Positions 50,883 through 61,344 of a stretch of DNA of 64,000 nucleotides are shown one piece after another. How positions within the stretch are numbered: position 1 is the stretch's first letter; each line of letters starts with the position of its first letter. Made by a program: the position numbers and the translations under genes. Under the pieces are notes generated by a model. That model worked only from the letters and a program-made list of their open reading frames with translations. It was not told the origin of the DNA and searched no databases. Source of the stretch: Planctomycetota bacterium (GTDB taxonomy: Bacteria; Planctomycetota; UBA1135; UBA2386); the NCBI GenBank assembly GCA_046290465.1, contig JBKAGP010000001.1, positions 6,176,001-6,240,000 of the forward strand, written 5' to 3'.

Positions 50883-51398
50883 TTGGTAGTCGTCCCGCGC
50901 AAGCAGCGATCGAAGGACAAAGTAGTCAACGACAGGAAGTCCCTCGCCGCGATCCTGTCCGGTCTCCGCGCCAGCGGCAAGACCGTCGTCCTCACCAACG
51001 GCGTGTTCGATCTGCTGCACGTCGGCCACCTGCGCTGCCTGGAGGACGCCCGTTCGCGCGGCGACCTGCTGGTGGTCGCCGTCAACACCGACAAGTCGAC
51101 CGAACGTCTGAAGGGCAAGGGGCATCCGATCGTTCCGTGCGACGAGCGCATGGAGATGCTGTCGGGCCTGTCGTTCGTCGACTACGTGACCTCGTTCGAG
51201 GACGAGACGGCCGACGAACTGCTGCGTCAGCTGCACCCCTCGCTCTACGCCAAGGGAACCGACTACAATCTCAAGTCGTTGCCCGAGAAGGCGACGCTGA
51301 AGGAACTGGAGATCAAGGCGGTCTTCGTCGGCGACAAGAAGGGCCACTCGACGACCAAGCTGATCCAGAAGATCCACCGCTTGAAGACCAAGAAGTAG
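50883..51398 (+). CDS. Stand-alone RfaE domain II-type nucleotidyltransferase
   Basis: TNGVFDLLHVGH, AKGTDY, HSTTKLI; GGAGG precedes TTG at 50883. Confidence 0.88.
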   Translation: MVVVPRKQRSKDKVVNDRKSLAAILSGLRASGKTVVLTNGVFDLLHVGHLRCLEDARSRGDLLVVAVNTDKSTERLKGKGHPIVPCDERMEMLSGLSFVDYVTSFEDETADELLRQLHPSLYAKGTDYNLKSLPEKATLKELEIKAVFVGDKKGHSTTKLIQKIHRLKTKK

Positions 51399-51402
51399 CG
51401 CG

Positions 51403-52806
51403 ATGCCAAGACGGCACACGATCGCCGCTGCTGTCGTGTGCGTGTCCGTCGGGCTCGCCACGGCCGCCGCGCAGTCCGCGAACGACATCAACGTTCGCAA
51501 CTACGAGAAGAAGCGCAAGGAGGAGCTGATCGCGACCGGTCAGCGCCACGTCGACCTCGGCTGGGGTCTGCGCAACAAGGGGCTGATCCAGCAGACGACC
51601 TACCAGCTGGTGCTGGCCGTCGAACTGTCCGAGGGCCAGCACCGCGGCGCGTCGATGGTGCTCAACATCGTGCGCAACTACGGCGACGCGTTCTGGAAGA
51701 AGAAGCGCAAGAAGCCGCGCAAGGGCGCGCTCAAGGCCTACGAGAAGAAGGCCCAGAAGCTCGTCGAGGCCGACATGTCGGGCCAGATCAAGCTGGCTCG
51801 CTACGCGCACAAGGCCAAGCTCGACGAGCGCGTGCGCGAGCACCTGGTGCAGGCGATGCGGTTCGGTGCCGAGGTGACGATGCCCAAGGACCCGAGCCGG
51901 TCGGGGGCCAAGATCGAGGGCTTCGCGATCGACGACGAGCTGGCGAAGTGGCTGCTGGAGCAGACCGTGGCGGTCAACGGCGGCGAGCGCCGCTTCGAGC
52001 CCGCCGGCCGCAGTGCGCCGCGGCTCGAAGGGCTCCACGAGGTCGCCGACCAGCGGCTGGTGGTGCGCGCCGACCTGGACGCCAAGGTCTGCGAAGGCCT
52101 GCACGCGATGGGGCTGCAGCTGTTCGAAGCGCTGCTCGAGCGGCTCGACGGCGCGCCGACGCGGCCGCTGCAGCTGGTCGTGTTCGCCAAGCGCGCCGAC
52201 TACGACGCCTATCTGAAGGCGTGCGGCCGCACCGACGTGGCCAGCAAGGGCTACTGCGACTACGGCACCTTCCAGGCGCTGGTCTGTGCCGAGGGGCTCG
52301 ACAGCGGCAGCGTCAACGCGCTGGTCCTGCACGAGCTGACGCACCTGTACTTCTTCGGCGCGACCCCGGTCGCGATGCCCGACTGGTACATGGAAGGCCT
52401 CGCCGAGACGTTCGGCGGCCAGGGCACGTTCGCGTGGAACGGTCGGCAGCTGACCGTCGGCGGCCTGCTGCGCAGCGACCGCCTCGACGGCATCCAGAAC
52501 GACGCGATGACCCTCGAACAGGTGCTCGCCGGCAACGCGATCAACCTGATGCGTCAGGATCACGGCCGGGCGATGCGCTTCTATGCGATGTCGTGGGCGC
52601 TGCAGCGCTGGCTGACCAGCGGCGACCATTCGTGGCGGCAGCGGTTCGACGACTGGGAGGCCAAGACCCGCGGCACCCTCGACGGCAGCAGTTCGACGCG
52701 CAGCTTCGGGTCGCCGCAGCGAGCGCAGGAGAGCTTCCTGGCAGAGTTCCGTAAGGACCTTCCTGCAATGGACAAGGCCTTCCAGATATGGCTGATGCGT
52801 CTCTGA
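51403..52806 (+). CDS. Exported HExxH protein (DUF1570/gluzincin-like)
   Basis: Signal peptide; LHELTH...PDWYMEGLAE; YAMSWAL. Confidence 0.8.
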   Translation: MPRRHTIAAAVVCVSVGLATAAAQSANDINVRNYEKKRKEELIATGQRHVDLGWGLRNKGLIQQTTYQLVLAVELSEGQHRGASMVLNIVRNYGDAFWKKKRKKPRKGALKAYEKKAQKLVEADMSGQIKLARYAHKAKLDERVREHLVQAMRFGAEVTMPKDPSRSGAKIEGFAIDDELAKWLLEQTVAVNGGERRFEPAGRSAPRLEGLHEVADQRLVVRADLDAKVCEGLHAMGLQLFEALLERLDGAPTRPLQLVVFAKRADYDAYLKACGRTDVASKGYCDYGTFQALVCAEGLDSGSVNALVLHELTHLYFFGATPVAMPDWYMEGLAETFGGQGTFAWNGRQLTVGGLLRSDRLDGIQNDAMTLEQVLAGNAINLMRQDHGRAMRFYAMSWALQRWLTSGDHSWRQRFDDWEAKTRGTLDGSSSTRSFGSPQRAQESFLAEFRKDLPAMDKAFQIWLMRL

Positions 52807-52873
52807 GCGGCCTTGCCATCGGCGGTTCCGGCCCGCTGTCAAGCGCGCTGGCAGTGGGGCCGATGGCCATCCG

Positions 52874-53794
52874 GTGATGGGGGGAACCGCGACCCGCGAG
52901 CAGCAGACGACCTACACGGCCATCCCGATGGCCGGGTTGGTCGGCGCCGACGCCGTGCCGTTCCCGCTCTACCTGCGCACCGCGTCCAAGACCTGGGTGC
53001 TCTACCGGCCGGCGGACACCGTGCTGGACGAGTCGCACATCGGTCGCCTGCACGCCGAGGGCGTGCCGCACCTGTTCATCCAGGACGAGCACCGCGCGCA
53101 CTACTTCCAGCGGGTCGAGCGCGAGATCGACGCGGTGCTGCTCGACAAGGAGCTGCCGCTCGACAACCGCGCCGACGTGCTGCAGGGCGTCGCGATGATG
53201 GTCGCCGACGAACTGCTGCGGGCGCAGCCGGACGAGCGCACCGTGCGGCGCGCGCACAAGGTGATGATGGCCACCAGCGGCCTGATGCTGCGCGAAAGCC
53301 AGGGCTTCCACGCGCTGCGCCGCGTGCTGCAGGCCGGCCCCGGCCTCGCCCGCCACAGCCTGACGGTGGCGTTCATGAGCATGGGCCTGGCCAGGGTCGT
53401 GCTGACCCGCGACCCCGCGACGCTGGCGACGATCGGGCTCGCCGGCCTGCTGCACGACGTCGGCAAGGTCGGCCACGAAGACCTCGAACACGACCCCGAG
53501 CACACCACCCGCGGCGCGGACTACCTGCGTTCGCTGAACCTGCCCGCGATGGCCGTCGACGCGGCGCTGTTCCACCACGAGTGCCACGACGGCTCCGGCT
53601 TCCCGCGGGGGCTGCGCCACGAGGAGATCCCCGAGGGCGCGCGGATCGTCGGCCTGGTCAACCTGTTCGACAAGATCTACAGCGCGCAGGAGCCGCGCGT
53701 CGGGGTGTTCGACGCGCTGCGGATCCTGGCGCAGGCCTACCGGGGCTGCTTCGACGAGCGCATGGCGCAAGGCCTGGTCAAGCTGTTCCGGTGA
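52874..53794 (+). CDS. HD-GYP-like phosphohydrolase
   Basis: RHS, LLHDVGK, HHECHDGSGFPRGL, IPEGARIV. Confidence 0.85.
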   Translation: MMGGTATREQQTTYTAIPMAGLVGADAVPFPLYLRTASKTWVLYRPADTVLDESHIGRLHAEGVPHLFIQDEHRAHYFQRVEREIDAVLLDKELPLDNRADVLQGVAMMVADELLRAQPDERTVRRAHKVMMATSGLMLRESQGFHALRRVLQAGPGLARHSLTVAFMSMGLARVVLTRDPATLATIGLAGLLHDVGKVGHEDLEHDPEHTTRGADYLRSLNLPAMAVDAALFHHECHDGSGFPRGLRHEEIPEGARIVGLVNLFDKIYSAQEPRVGVFDALRILAQAYRGCFDERMAQGLVKLFR

Positions 53795-53840
53795 GCCAGG
53801 CCGTCGGCGGGTCGTGCATGCGGCCTTGCCGAACCGGTGG

Positions 53841-55784
53841 TCAGTTGGGCTGCGTGCGCGGCCAGTCCAGGTGGGCTGGGACCTGCAGCGCCTGCCGACA
53901 CAGCTGCTCCATCCGGTCGACGATCTTGCAGAGTTCGTCGGCCGGGGCCGCTGCGACGAAGTTCGGCAGTTCGGACAGCGCGACGCCGCAGTGCTCTTGG
54001 ATCCGTTCGCTCAACTGCTTGCGATCCTCGGGCACGACGCCGTGGCGGGCGAGCGCCAGCGTCGCCAGCACCCGGACGGCGACGGACAGGTCGTACGAGG
54101 TCCGGCGCCACTCGTGGCGCGGCGACGTGCGCCACTGTAGCGGGCCGCCGTGGTCGGCAAGCCGCTGCAGCGTCGGCTGCACGCCCTGCAGCCGGTCGGG
54201 GTGCTCGACCAGCAAGGCGGCCAGGGCGCGGGCGATCAGGCGGCTGTTCTGCTCGTCCAGCAGGTCCAGCAGGTCGCTCGACGGAACGCCGTGGGTGGTG
54301 ATCCAGGCGCCGGCTTCGAACGCCGTTCCCCGCGACGGGTAGGTGACCCAGTGGGCGGCGAGCCGGGTCCACTCGACCTGCAGGTCGGTGGCGCCGCGCG
54401 CCTCCGCCGCTTCGTCGGCGAACGACGCGTGCCGGGCCAGGAAGCTGAGCGCGGCGTCGGCGATGACCTGGTCGTCGCGCGTCAACCAGCCGTAGACGGC
54501 TCCGATCTGGTCTGCCGTGGGGCGGGTGCGGTCGACGAGGTCGAGCAGCCGCGCGACCCGCGGGGCGTGGCTCCATTGGCCGAGCAGCAGCAGCTCGGTC
54601 AGGGCCTGCTTGCCGCGCGGGCTCGGCGGCACCTGCGGGGGCCAGCCGTTCTGGTCGAGCAGCGTGTCGACGGCCGCTTCGAGCCAGGCGCGGTCGACGT
54701 CCTGCAGGCCCTGCAGGGCGTCGCGCACCTTGGCGACCGCCTCGCGGCACGCCTTGCGCACCGGCTCGGCTTCGTGGCGTTCGGCCATGAACGTCAGGGC
54801 CGGCACGCCGACCAGCCCGTTGCGGCCCCAGCGGCCGAGCGCCTCGGCGGCGCTGCGCGCGACGTCGGCGTTGCCGTCCCACAGCCGGCCGACCAGGTCG
54901 GCGCGCTCCTCGAGCGGCAGCGGTGCACCGTGGTCGGCGAGCCACAGCGTGGCGCGGTGGCGCTGATCGACCTTGGGATGGGTCAGCAGCGCGCGCGCGC
55001 ACTCGGCGTTGAGCGGTGCTGCGGTGATCGCGCGCCAGGCCGCGGCGACGTAGGGCTCGGTCCGGTCGGGCGTCCGGCTGAAGGTCACGCGCTTGCGCAC
55101 GAGGTCCTGCTCGAGGCGGGCCTGCAGCGCGGCGACGGTGCGTTCCTCGTCGGCGGCCAGCTCGCTTGCGTGCGCGGTCAGCCAGCGGCACATCGCGATG
55201 CAGGTCGCGCTGCCGCTGAAGGTGCTCTCGAGGTAGCTGCGGATCTGCGGCCAGCTCGGCGAACCGGGGATGTTGAGCTGCTGCATCAGCACGTCGACGT
55301 CGCGCAGCGGCGCGTTGCGCAGCGAGCGCCGCCAGTCGTCGCGCACCGCGGCGGCCTGGTCGTCCTCGAAGAACGGGGCCAGCTCGCCGAGCGTGTCGAC
55401 CAGCTGTTGGGCGACCTCGTGGTCGCCGTCGCGGACCCACGAGCGGATCGCGCCGAGCGCCGGCAGGCCGTCGCGGCCGAGCTTGCCGATCACGTAGAGC
55501 ATGTCGATCTGCTGCTGGCGCGAGAAGCCCTCGCGCCGCTGCTCGTCGATGCGAACGGCGAGGTGTGGCACCGCGAGCTTGCCGAGGTTCTGCAGGCGGC
55601 GGATCGCGTCGAGCCGCTTGTCGTCGTCGCGCAGCTCCTCGATCGACCGCGCCACCAGCCGTTCGATCCGGCCGTTCTTCCTGGCGGGCCGCTGCTGCCT
55701 CGGGTCCTGGTCCTGTGCGGGCAGAACGGTCGCCCCGATCGCGAGCGCGACGGAGGCCGACCACGAGGGGCGGGCGGAGGGCAT
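53841..55784 (-). CDS. Exported HEAT-repeat helical protein
   Basis: Signal-like N-terminus; LWDGNADVARSAAEALGRWG and similar HEAT-like repeats. Confidence 0.7.
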   Translation of the reverse strand: MPSARPSWSASVALAIGATVLPAQDQDPRQQRPARKNGRIERLVARSIEELRDDDKRLDAIRRLQNLGKLAVPHLAVRIDEQRREGFSRQQQIDMLYVIGKLGRDGLPALGAIRSWVRDGDHEVAQQLVDTLGELAPFFEDDQAAAVRDDWRRSLRNAPLRDVDVLMQQLNIPGSPSWPQIRSYLESTFSGSATCIAMCRWLTAHASELAADEERTVAALQARLEQDLVRKRVTFSRTPDRTEPYVAAAWRAITAAPLNAECARALLTHPKVDQRHRATLWLADHGAPLPLEERADLVGRLWDGNADVARSAAEALGRWGRNGLVGVPALTFMAERHEAEPVRKACREAVAKVRDALQGLQDVDRAWLEAAVDTLLDQNGWPPQVPPSPRGKQALTELLLLGQWSHAPRVARLLDLVDRTRPTADQIGAVYGWLTRDDQVIADAALSFLARHASFADEAAEARGATDLQVEWTRLAAHWVTYPSRGTAFEAGAWITTHGVPSSDLLDLLDEQNSRLIARALAALLVEHPDRLQGVQPTLQRLADHGGPLQWRTSPRHEWRRTSYDLSVAVRVLATLALARHGVVPEDRKQLSERIQEHCGVALSELPNFVAAAPADELCKIVDRMEQLCRQALQVPAHLDWPRTQPN

Positions 55785-55805
55785 GCAGGCTGCTAGTCCG
55801 CCGTC

Positions 55806-56450
55806 TCAGGCGGGTTTCGCGAACGCCCGCCAGAACTCGTCGGCACCTTCGCCCCGCAGGGCGGCCGGGTCGCCGTAACCGAACAGGCAAGCGATGGTTC
55901 GCGCGCCTAGCGCCTTGCCGGCGCGCAGATCCTGCAGGCCGTCGCCGACCATCGTGCAGCCCTCGAGCGGCGCGCCGAGGCGGTCGAGCGCCAGCTGCAG
56001 CATCGCCGGGTCCGGCTTCTTGGTCGGCAGCGTGTCGCCGCCGACGACGACGTCGGTGAACGCGTCGAGGCCGAGGAAGCGCACCACCGGGATCGCGAAC
56101 CGCTCGGGCTTGTTGGTGACCACCGCGATCGGGTGGCCCCGCTCGCGCAGCTCGACCAGATGGTCGTAGGCGCCGACGAACAGGCGGCTGTCCTGGGTGC
56201 ACTGCTGCTCGTGGTGTTCGACGTACAGCGCGAACGCCTGCTCGATCGCGGCCTCGTCCGGATCGCGTTCGGCCAGCGCGCGTCGCAGCAGCGTGCGCGC
56301 GCCGTCGCCGATGTAGCTGCGCACGGTCTCGTCGTCGACGGGCGGCAGGTCGTGCCGTTCGCGCACGTGGTTGGTGCTCGCGGCGAGGTCCGGCAGCGTG
56401 TCGGCGAGCGTGCCGTCGAGATCGAACAGGAATGCGGGCGCCGGATTCAC
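55806..56450 (-). CDS. gph: HAD-superfamily hydrolase, phosphoglycolate phosphatase-like
   Basis: LFDLDGTLADT, VVTNKP, KKPDP, MVGDGLQD; GTG start at 56450. Confidence 0.85.
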   Translation of the reverse strand: MNPAPAFLFDLDGTLADTLPDLAASTNHVRERHDLPPVDDETVRSYIGDGARTLLRRALAERDPDEAAIEQAFALYVEHHEQQCTQDSRLFVGAYDHLVELRERGHPIAVVTNKPERFAIPVVRFLGLDAFTDVVVGGDTLPTKKPDPAMLQLALDRLGAPLEGCTMVGDGLQDLRAGKALGARTIACLFGYGDPAALRGEGADEFWRAFAKPA

Positions 56451-56477
56451 GCCTCTCGATATACTCGCGCGCCGCTC

Positions 56478-56948
56478 ATGAAGCTCGCCTGGACGTTGCT
56501 GTTGTTCCCGCTCCTGGCCTCGTGCGGCTCCGTCCGCAACTGGCGCGAACTGAAGACCGAGCCGATGAGCCTCGGCGAGGCCTGGCAGGGATGGGTCGAC
56601 ATCGTCACGTCGCGGGACGGCTGGGTCGTCGACCACAGCCAGACCGACCGCGGCAACGGCGTCTGGCAGTCGCGCTGGAAGCAACGCGAGACCGAGCGCA
56701 ACTTTCCGATCCGCAACCGTCTGCGCATGGAGATCCTGATCGACGAGGGCTCCCGCGACGAGGGCTGGCTGGTCCGCTACGTGGTCGAGCAGGAGCTGTG
56801 CAAGGACCTGCGCCGCCACCAGGCTCCGCGCGAGGAAGACTGGTCGTCCAACGGCCAGAACTCGGAGGCGGAAGCGGTGCTCGGCGAACGGCTGGTGCGT
56901 CGCCTCGCCCCCGAATCCGTCGAGATCAAGAAGCCCGGTCAGGACTGA
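56478..56948 (+). CDS. Putative lipoprotein
   Basis: MKLAWTLLLFPLLASCGS lipobox. Confidence 0.8.
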   Translation: MKLAWTLLLFPLLASCGSVRNWRELKTEPMSLGEAWQGWVDIVTSRDGWVVDHSQTDRGNGVWQSRWKQRETERNFPIRNRLRMEILIDEGSRDEGWLVRYVVEQELCKDLRRHQAPREEDWSSNGQNSEAEAVLGERLVRRLAPESVEIKKPGQD

Positions 56949-57011
56949 GCCCGGTCAGGACGGAGCCCGGTCAGGACGGAGCCCGGTCAGGACGGAGCCC
57001 GGTCAGGACTG
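56932..57011. repeat. 16-bp tandem repeat x5 (AGCCCGGTCAGGACKG) spanning the stop codon
   Basis: Five contiguous copies, no spacers. Confidence 0.95.
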
Positions 57012-57204
57012 AGGGCTGGCTCACCCCAGCGGCGGCATGCGGCAGCGATCCGGCCGTCCGGGTGCTCGCGGTCGCCGACCGGCGCGGACCAGCAGGCTTC
57101 GGATCCGTTCGTTGCTACGGCAGGTTCGAGTGCGTTGGCAACGCGGTGGAGCTTGTGCTTTCCTTGGCGGGCGCCAAGCGTCGATCTGAGCTTGGATCGT
57201 TGCC

Positions 57205-58485
57205 ATGGCCGAGCTGTCCGTACTGATCGTCAACTACAACTCCTGGCGGGAGTGTGCGCAGGCGATCGAGTCGCTGCGGCAGAACGGGCCGACGCGGCCC
57301 GACGGGTCGCCGATGCCGTACGAGTGCATCGTGGTCGACAACGCCTCGCCGCGGCAGGCGCCCGAGCTGATCGAGATGGTCGAGCACCAGCTGCGGCTGC
57401 TGCGCGAGCAACTCGGTGACGAGCGCGCCGGGGTGCTGATCCGGCACGACGAGAACGGCGGCTACAGCAAGGGCATGAACCTGGCGTTCTCACACAGCCG
57501 CGGCCGCCAGATCCTGATCAGCAACCCCGACGTGATCTTCCTGGAGGGGCTGATCCCGCGGCTGCAGCGCGCGCTGGAGGGCGATCCGAACATCGGCATC
57601 GCGGTGCCCAAGGGCTACTGGGACCGCGAGCACCAGGGCCGGCTGCCGCCCAATACGCTGCCGACGCTCGGCGATGCGTGGGGCGAGGCGATCTCGTCGT
57701 ACTCGGCGTGGTGGACGCGGCGGCGCGCCAAGCGGCTGCTGAACCAGTGGCTGGCGGTGTGGCAGGCCGAGCAGCCGGTCGCGTTGCCGATGATGTCGGG
57801 CTGCCTGTTCCTGGTCGATCGCGACTACTTCGAGTCGATCGGCAAGTGGGACGAGCGCTACCCGCTCTACTACGAGGACGCCGACCTGTCGGTGACGATC
57901 CGCCGCAGCGGCCGAACGATCACGCAGGTGCCGGACGCGCGGCTGGTGCACTTCGTCAACCGGTCGGGCATGAGCGACCTCGAGACGATGTGGGAACGCA
58001 ACCGCGTCAGCAAGGGCCGCTACTACGAGAAGTGGTACGGCCTGCTCGGCCGGATCACGATGGCGGGATGCCGCTGGCTGGTCGGCAACCGGCTGTTCGA
58101 ACGGTTCCGTCGCGTGCCGCCGGAGCCGCCGTTCACCGATCTCGGCGAGTCCGCCGACAAGCCGGTGCTCGAGCTGCCGCGCAGCTGCGAACGGTTCGTC
58201 GTGCTGATGTCGCTCGACATGCGCTTCTTCCTCGCCGCCGGCATCTTCGGCAGCGGCGACCGGTGGACGCCGACCGACGTCGCGTACCAGAGCTTCGTCA
58301 ACGCCAACTTCTTCTTCCAGGTCTACGACCTCAGCGGCGGCGGCGAGCCCGAGCACCTCGGCACCTGGCGCTACTACTGCCTGTCGCACCTCGGCCAGCC
58401 GGTGCCCGGCGCGGCGGCCAACGAAGGGCCGGCCAACGAAGGGACGACCAACGAAGGGACGACCAACGAAGGAGCGCCGACGTGA
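57205..58485 (+). CDS. Glycosyltransferase family 2
   Basis: SVLIVNYN, VVDNAS, NPD, YYEDADL. Confidence 0.9.
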   Translation: MAELSVLIVNYNSWRECAQAIESLRQNGPTRPDGSPMPYECIVVDNASPRQAPELIEMVEHQLRLLREQLGDERAGVLIRHDENGGYSKGMNLAFSHSRGRQILISNPDVIFLEGLIPRLQRALEGDPNIGIAVPKGYWDREHQGRLPPNTLPTLGDAWGEAISSYSAWWTRRRAKRLLNQWLAVWQAEQPVALPMMSGCLFLVDRDYFESIGKWDERYPLYYEDADLSVTIRRSGRTITQVPDARLVHFVNRSGMSDLETMWERNRVSKGRYYEKWYGLLGRITMAGCRWLVGNRLFERFRRVPPEPPFTDLGESADKPVLELPRSCERFVVLMSLDMRFFLAAGIFGSGDRWTPTDVAYQSFVNANFFFQVYDLSGGGEPEHLGTWRYYCLSHLGQPVPGAAANEGPANEGTTNEGTTNEGAPT

Positions 58486-59408
58486 GCGCGGCGCCGGTGC
58501 TGTCGGTGGTGGTGCTCAGCTGGAACACCCAGCAGCTGACGCTCGCGTGCCTGCAGGCGCTGTTCGCCGAGCGGCCCAGGCACGCACGCGAGGTCATCGT
58601 GGTCGACAACGGCAGCGAGGACGGCTCGGCCGACGCGATCGCGCAGCGCTACCCGCAGGTGCGGCTGCTGCGCAACCAGGACAACCGGCTCTACGCCGAG
58701 GGCAACAACCAGGGCGCGGCGATGGCCGAGGGCGAGTTCGTCGTCACGCTCAACTCGGACACCGAGGTGCGCGAGGGCGCGCTCGACCAGCTGGTCGACT
58801 TCCTGCGCGAGCATCCTGGCTACGGCGCCTGCGCGCCGCGGCTCAGCGATCCGGACGGCTCGGTGCAGCACGCCTGCCAGCGCTTCCCGACGCTGCTGAC
58901 GGCGCTGTGCTTCGACTCGTGGTTCGGCACGTTCTGGCCGGGCAAGCGCATCGTGGCGCGCTACCTGATGAAGGACTTCGACCACCTGACGTCGCGCGAC
59001 GTCGACCAGCCGCCCGGCGCGGTCTGCATGCTGCGCACCGCCGAGTGGCGCGAGCTCGGCGGCTTCGACCAGGACCTGGCGCTGTTCTACAACGACGTCG
59101 ACCTGTGCCTGCGCGTGCACCAGCGCGGCCAGAAGATCCGCTACCTGGCGACCGCCGAGGTCATGCACCACCGCGGCGCCAGCACCCGCAACTTCGCCAA
59201 GATGCTGGTCATCTGGCACCGCAACCGGCTCGCCTACTACCGCAAGCACTACGGCTGGTTCGGCACCTTGTGGGTGCGCGTCTGCGTGCGGCTGCGGATC
59301 TGGGAGGAGTGGTGGCGCATCGGTCGCCGCAACCGCCGCGACCCGGGCCGCAAGAAGGCGGAGCGCGACCATCTGCGGCGTTCGCAGCAGGAGCTGTGGT
59401 CGTCGTGA
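58482..59408 (+). CDS. Glycosyltransferase family 2
   Basis: GTGA overlap; VVVLSWNT, VDNGSEDGS, LNSDT, GGFD..FYNDVDL. Confidence 0.92.
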   Translation: MSAAPVLSVVVLSWNTQQLTLACLQALFAERPRHAREVIVVDNGSEDGSADAIAQRYPQVRLLRNQDNRLYAEGNNQGAAMAEGEFVVTLNSDTEVREGALDQLVDFLREHPGYGACAPRLSDPDGSVQHACQRFPTLLTALCFDSWFGTFWPGKRIVARYLMKDFDHLTSRDVDQPPGAVCMLRTAEWRELGGFDQDLALFYNDVDLCLRVHQRGQKIRYLATAEVMHHRGASTRNFAKMLVIWHRNRLAYYRKHYGWFGTLWVRVCVRLRIWEEWWRIGRRNRRDPGRKKAERDHLRRSQQELWSS

Positions 59409-60613
59409 AGGTCTGCTTCGTCACCGCGAACTTCCCGCCGGAAGCGTGCGGCGGCACCGAACAGGTGGTGGCAGCACTGCTGCGCGAGCTGGCCGCGGCC
59501 GGGGTCGAGGCGTCGGTGCTCAGCGGCAGCGATCGCGCGCACGCCGGTGTCGATGCGATCGACGAACGCCACGACGGCATCGCCGTCACCCGGCTGCCGC
59601 GGCGCGACGACGAGCACGACCAGAACGGCTTCGTGCGGCCGCGGCTGCTGGCGCTGCTGCGCCAACGGCTCGCCGCGAGTCGCCCGGACGTCGTGCACGT
59701 GCATTCGTTCGCATCACTCGGCCTCGGCATCGGCGCGCTGTGCCGCGAGCTGTCGCTGCCGATGGTCTGCACGTTCCACGATCTGTGGACGACCTGCGCG
59801 CGCTACTTCCGCCTGCCGATGCCCGGCATCACCTGCCCCGACGGCACCGACCGCGCGGCCTGCGTGACCTGCGTGCAGCGCGCAGCAAACCGCGACGCGG
59901 CGTTCGTCGCGCAGGCGCTGGCCGAACGCGACCGACTGGTGCGTGAGGAGCTGCTGGCGGCGGCCGTGTGCACGGCGCCGTCGCGCACCGCGGCCGGGTT
60001 CGTGCAGCGATGCGTGCCGTATGCGGGCGACGTCGAGGTGATCCCGCACGGCCTGTTGCGCGCCGTGCCGCCCGAGCACCGCGCCACCGACCCCGATCCG
60101 ACGCTGCCGCTGCGGGTCGGCACGTTCGGCGGGCTGGTGCCGGAGAAGGGCGTGCGCGAGCTGGTCGAGGCGGTCTACACGCTGCCGTGCGACCTGCACC
60201 TCGCCGGCCCGTTCCACGACGACGACTTCGCCGCGCAGGTCCGCCAGCTGGCGCGCGGCCAGTGCACGTTCCTGCACGAACGCGGACGGTTCGGTCCCGA
60301 CGACCGCCACCCGGCGCGCGATCTCGACCTCGCCGTGTTCCCGTCGCGCTGCCAGGAGACCTACGGCCTGGTGGTCGACGAGGCGCTGGCCCACGGCGTG
60401 CCGGTGGTTTGCTCGGACCACGGCGCGCTCGCCGAACGGGCCGCGACGCCGGGCGTCGTGGTCACGCCGATCGAACGATTGGCGACGGTGCTGGACGACC
60501 TGATAGGGTCTCCCGAACGCCTCGCGGCGCTGCGGCGCGCGATCCCGGCCGAGCTGCCGACGATCGCGCGGTCCGCGGCCCGCCACCTCGAACTCTACCG
60601 CTCGCTCGCATGA
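59405..60613 (+). CDS. Glycosyltransferase family 4
   Basis: GTGA overlap; FPPEACGGTE, PDVVHVH, PSRCQETYGLVVDEALAHGVPV. Confidence 0.92.
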   Translation: MKVCFVTANFPPEACGGTEQVVAALLRELAAAGVEASVLSGSDRAHAGVDAIDERHDGIAVTRLPRRDDEHDQNGFVRPRLLALLRQRLAASRPDVVHVHSFASLGLGIGALCRELSLPMVCTFHDLWTTCARYFRLPMPGITCPDGTDRAACVTCVQRAANRDAAFVAQALAERDRLVREELLAAAVCTAPSRTAAGFVQRCVPYAGDVEVIPHGLLRAVPPEHRATDPDPTLPLRVGTFGGLVPEKGVRELVEAVYTLPCDLHLAGPFHDDDFAAQVRQLARGQCTFLHERGRFGPDDRHPARDLDLAVFPSRCQETYGLVVDEALAHGVPVVCSDHGALAERAATPGVVVTPIERLATVLDDLIGSPERLAALRRAIPAELPTIARSAARHLELYRSLA

Positions 60614-61344
60614 ACCATCTGTTCTCGCCGCTGCTTCCGAGGGACCCGTTGCAGGGCCCCGTGCTGGTGCTCGCCGCGCACCCCGACGACGAGGTGATCG
60701 GCGCCGGCGGCCTGATGACGCACCACGCCCAGATGGGCCACGAGATCGTCGTGGTGCACGCGACCGACGGGGCGCAGGGCGACCCCGGCAAGCGCGAGGC
60801 GGGCGACATCCGCGACGTGCGCCGCGCCGAGGGCATCGAGGCGCTGCGGCGGCTCGGCATCGCGCCGGCGCGCCACTGGGACCTGCCCGACGGCCAGCTG
60901 CCCGAGCACCTCGACGAGCTGACGCGGCGCGTCGCGGAGGTGATGCAAGAGGTGCAGCCGAAGACGCTCTACTCGTTCCATGCGGGCGAGGCGCACCGCG
61001 ACCACCGCGCCGTCGCCAAGGCGACCGCCGACGCGGCGCACGCGCTGCCTTTCGACTGCCGCTGCCTGCTCTACGGGGTCAACTTCGTGCCGGCGGGCGG
61101 CTCGCTGTTCGACATCACCGACGTCTACCCGAAGATGTACGAGTCGCTGAAGGCCTACGTCAGCCAGAACGCCTACATCGACCTGCCGGGCATGAGCGAA
61201 CACCGACGCCGCGCCGCGACCGTCAACCTCGACATCGGCGGGGTGCTCTACGGCGAACAGCTGCTCGACGTCCAGGCGGGCGAACTGGCCGAGCTCTACG
61301 AGCTGCACGATCGCTTCCACCGGTTCATCCAGCGGCAGGCATGA
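60610..61344 (+). CDS. PIG-L/LmbE family deacetylase
   Basis: AAHPDDEVIG, RRAE, HRDH. Confidence 0.92.
   Translation: MNHLFSPLLPRDPLQGPVLVLAAHPDDEVIGAGGLMTHHAQMGHEIVVVHATDGAQGDPGKREAGDIRDVRRAEGIEALRRLGIAPARHWDLPDGQLPEHLDELTRRVAEVMQEVQPKTLYSFHAGEAHRDHRAVAKATADAAHALPFDCRCLLYGVNFVPAGGSLFDITDVYPKMYESLKAYVSQNAYIDLPGMSEHRRRAATVNLDIGGVLYGEQLLDVQAGELAELYELHDRFHRFIQRQA

Noticed and set aside
56932..57011. Possible CRISPR array
   Set aside because: 16-bp units are contiguous with no unique spacers, and no cas genes are present
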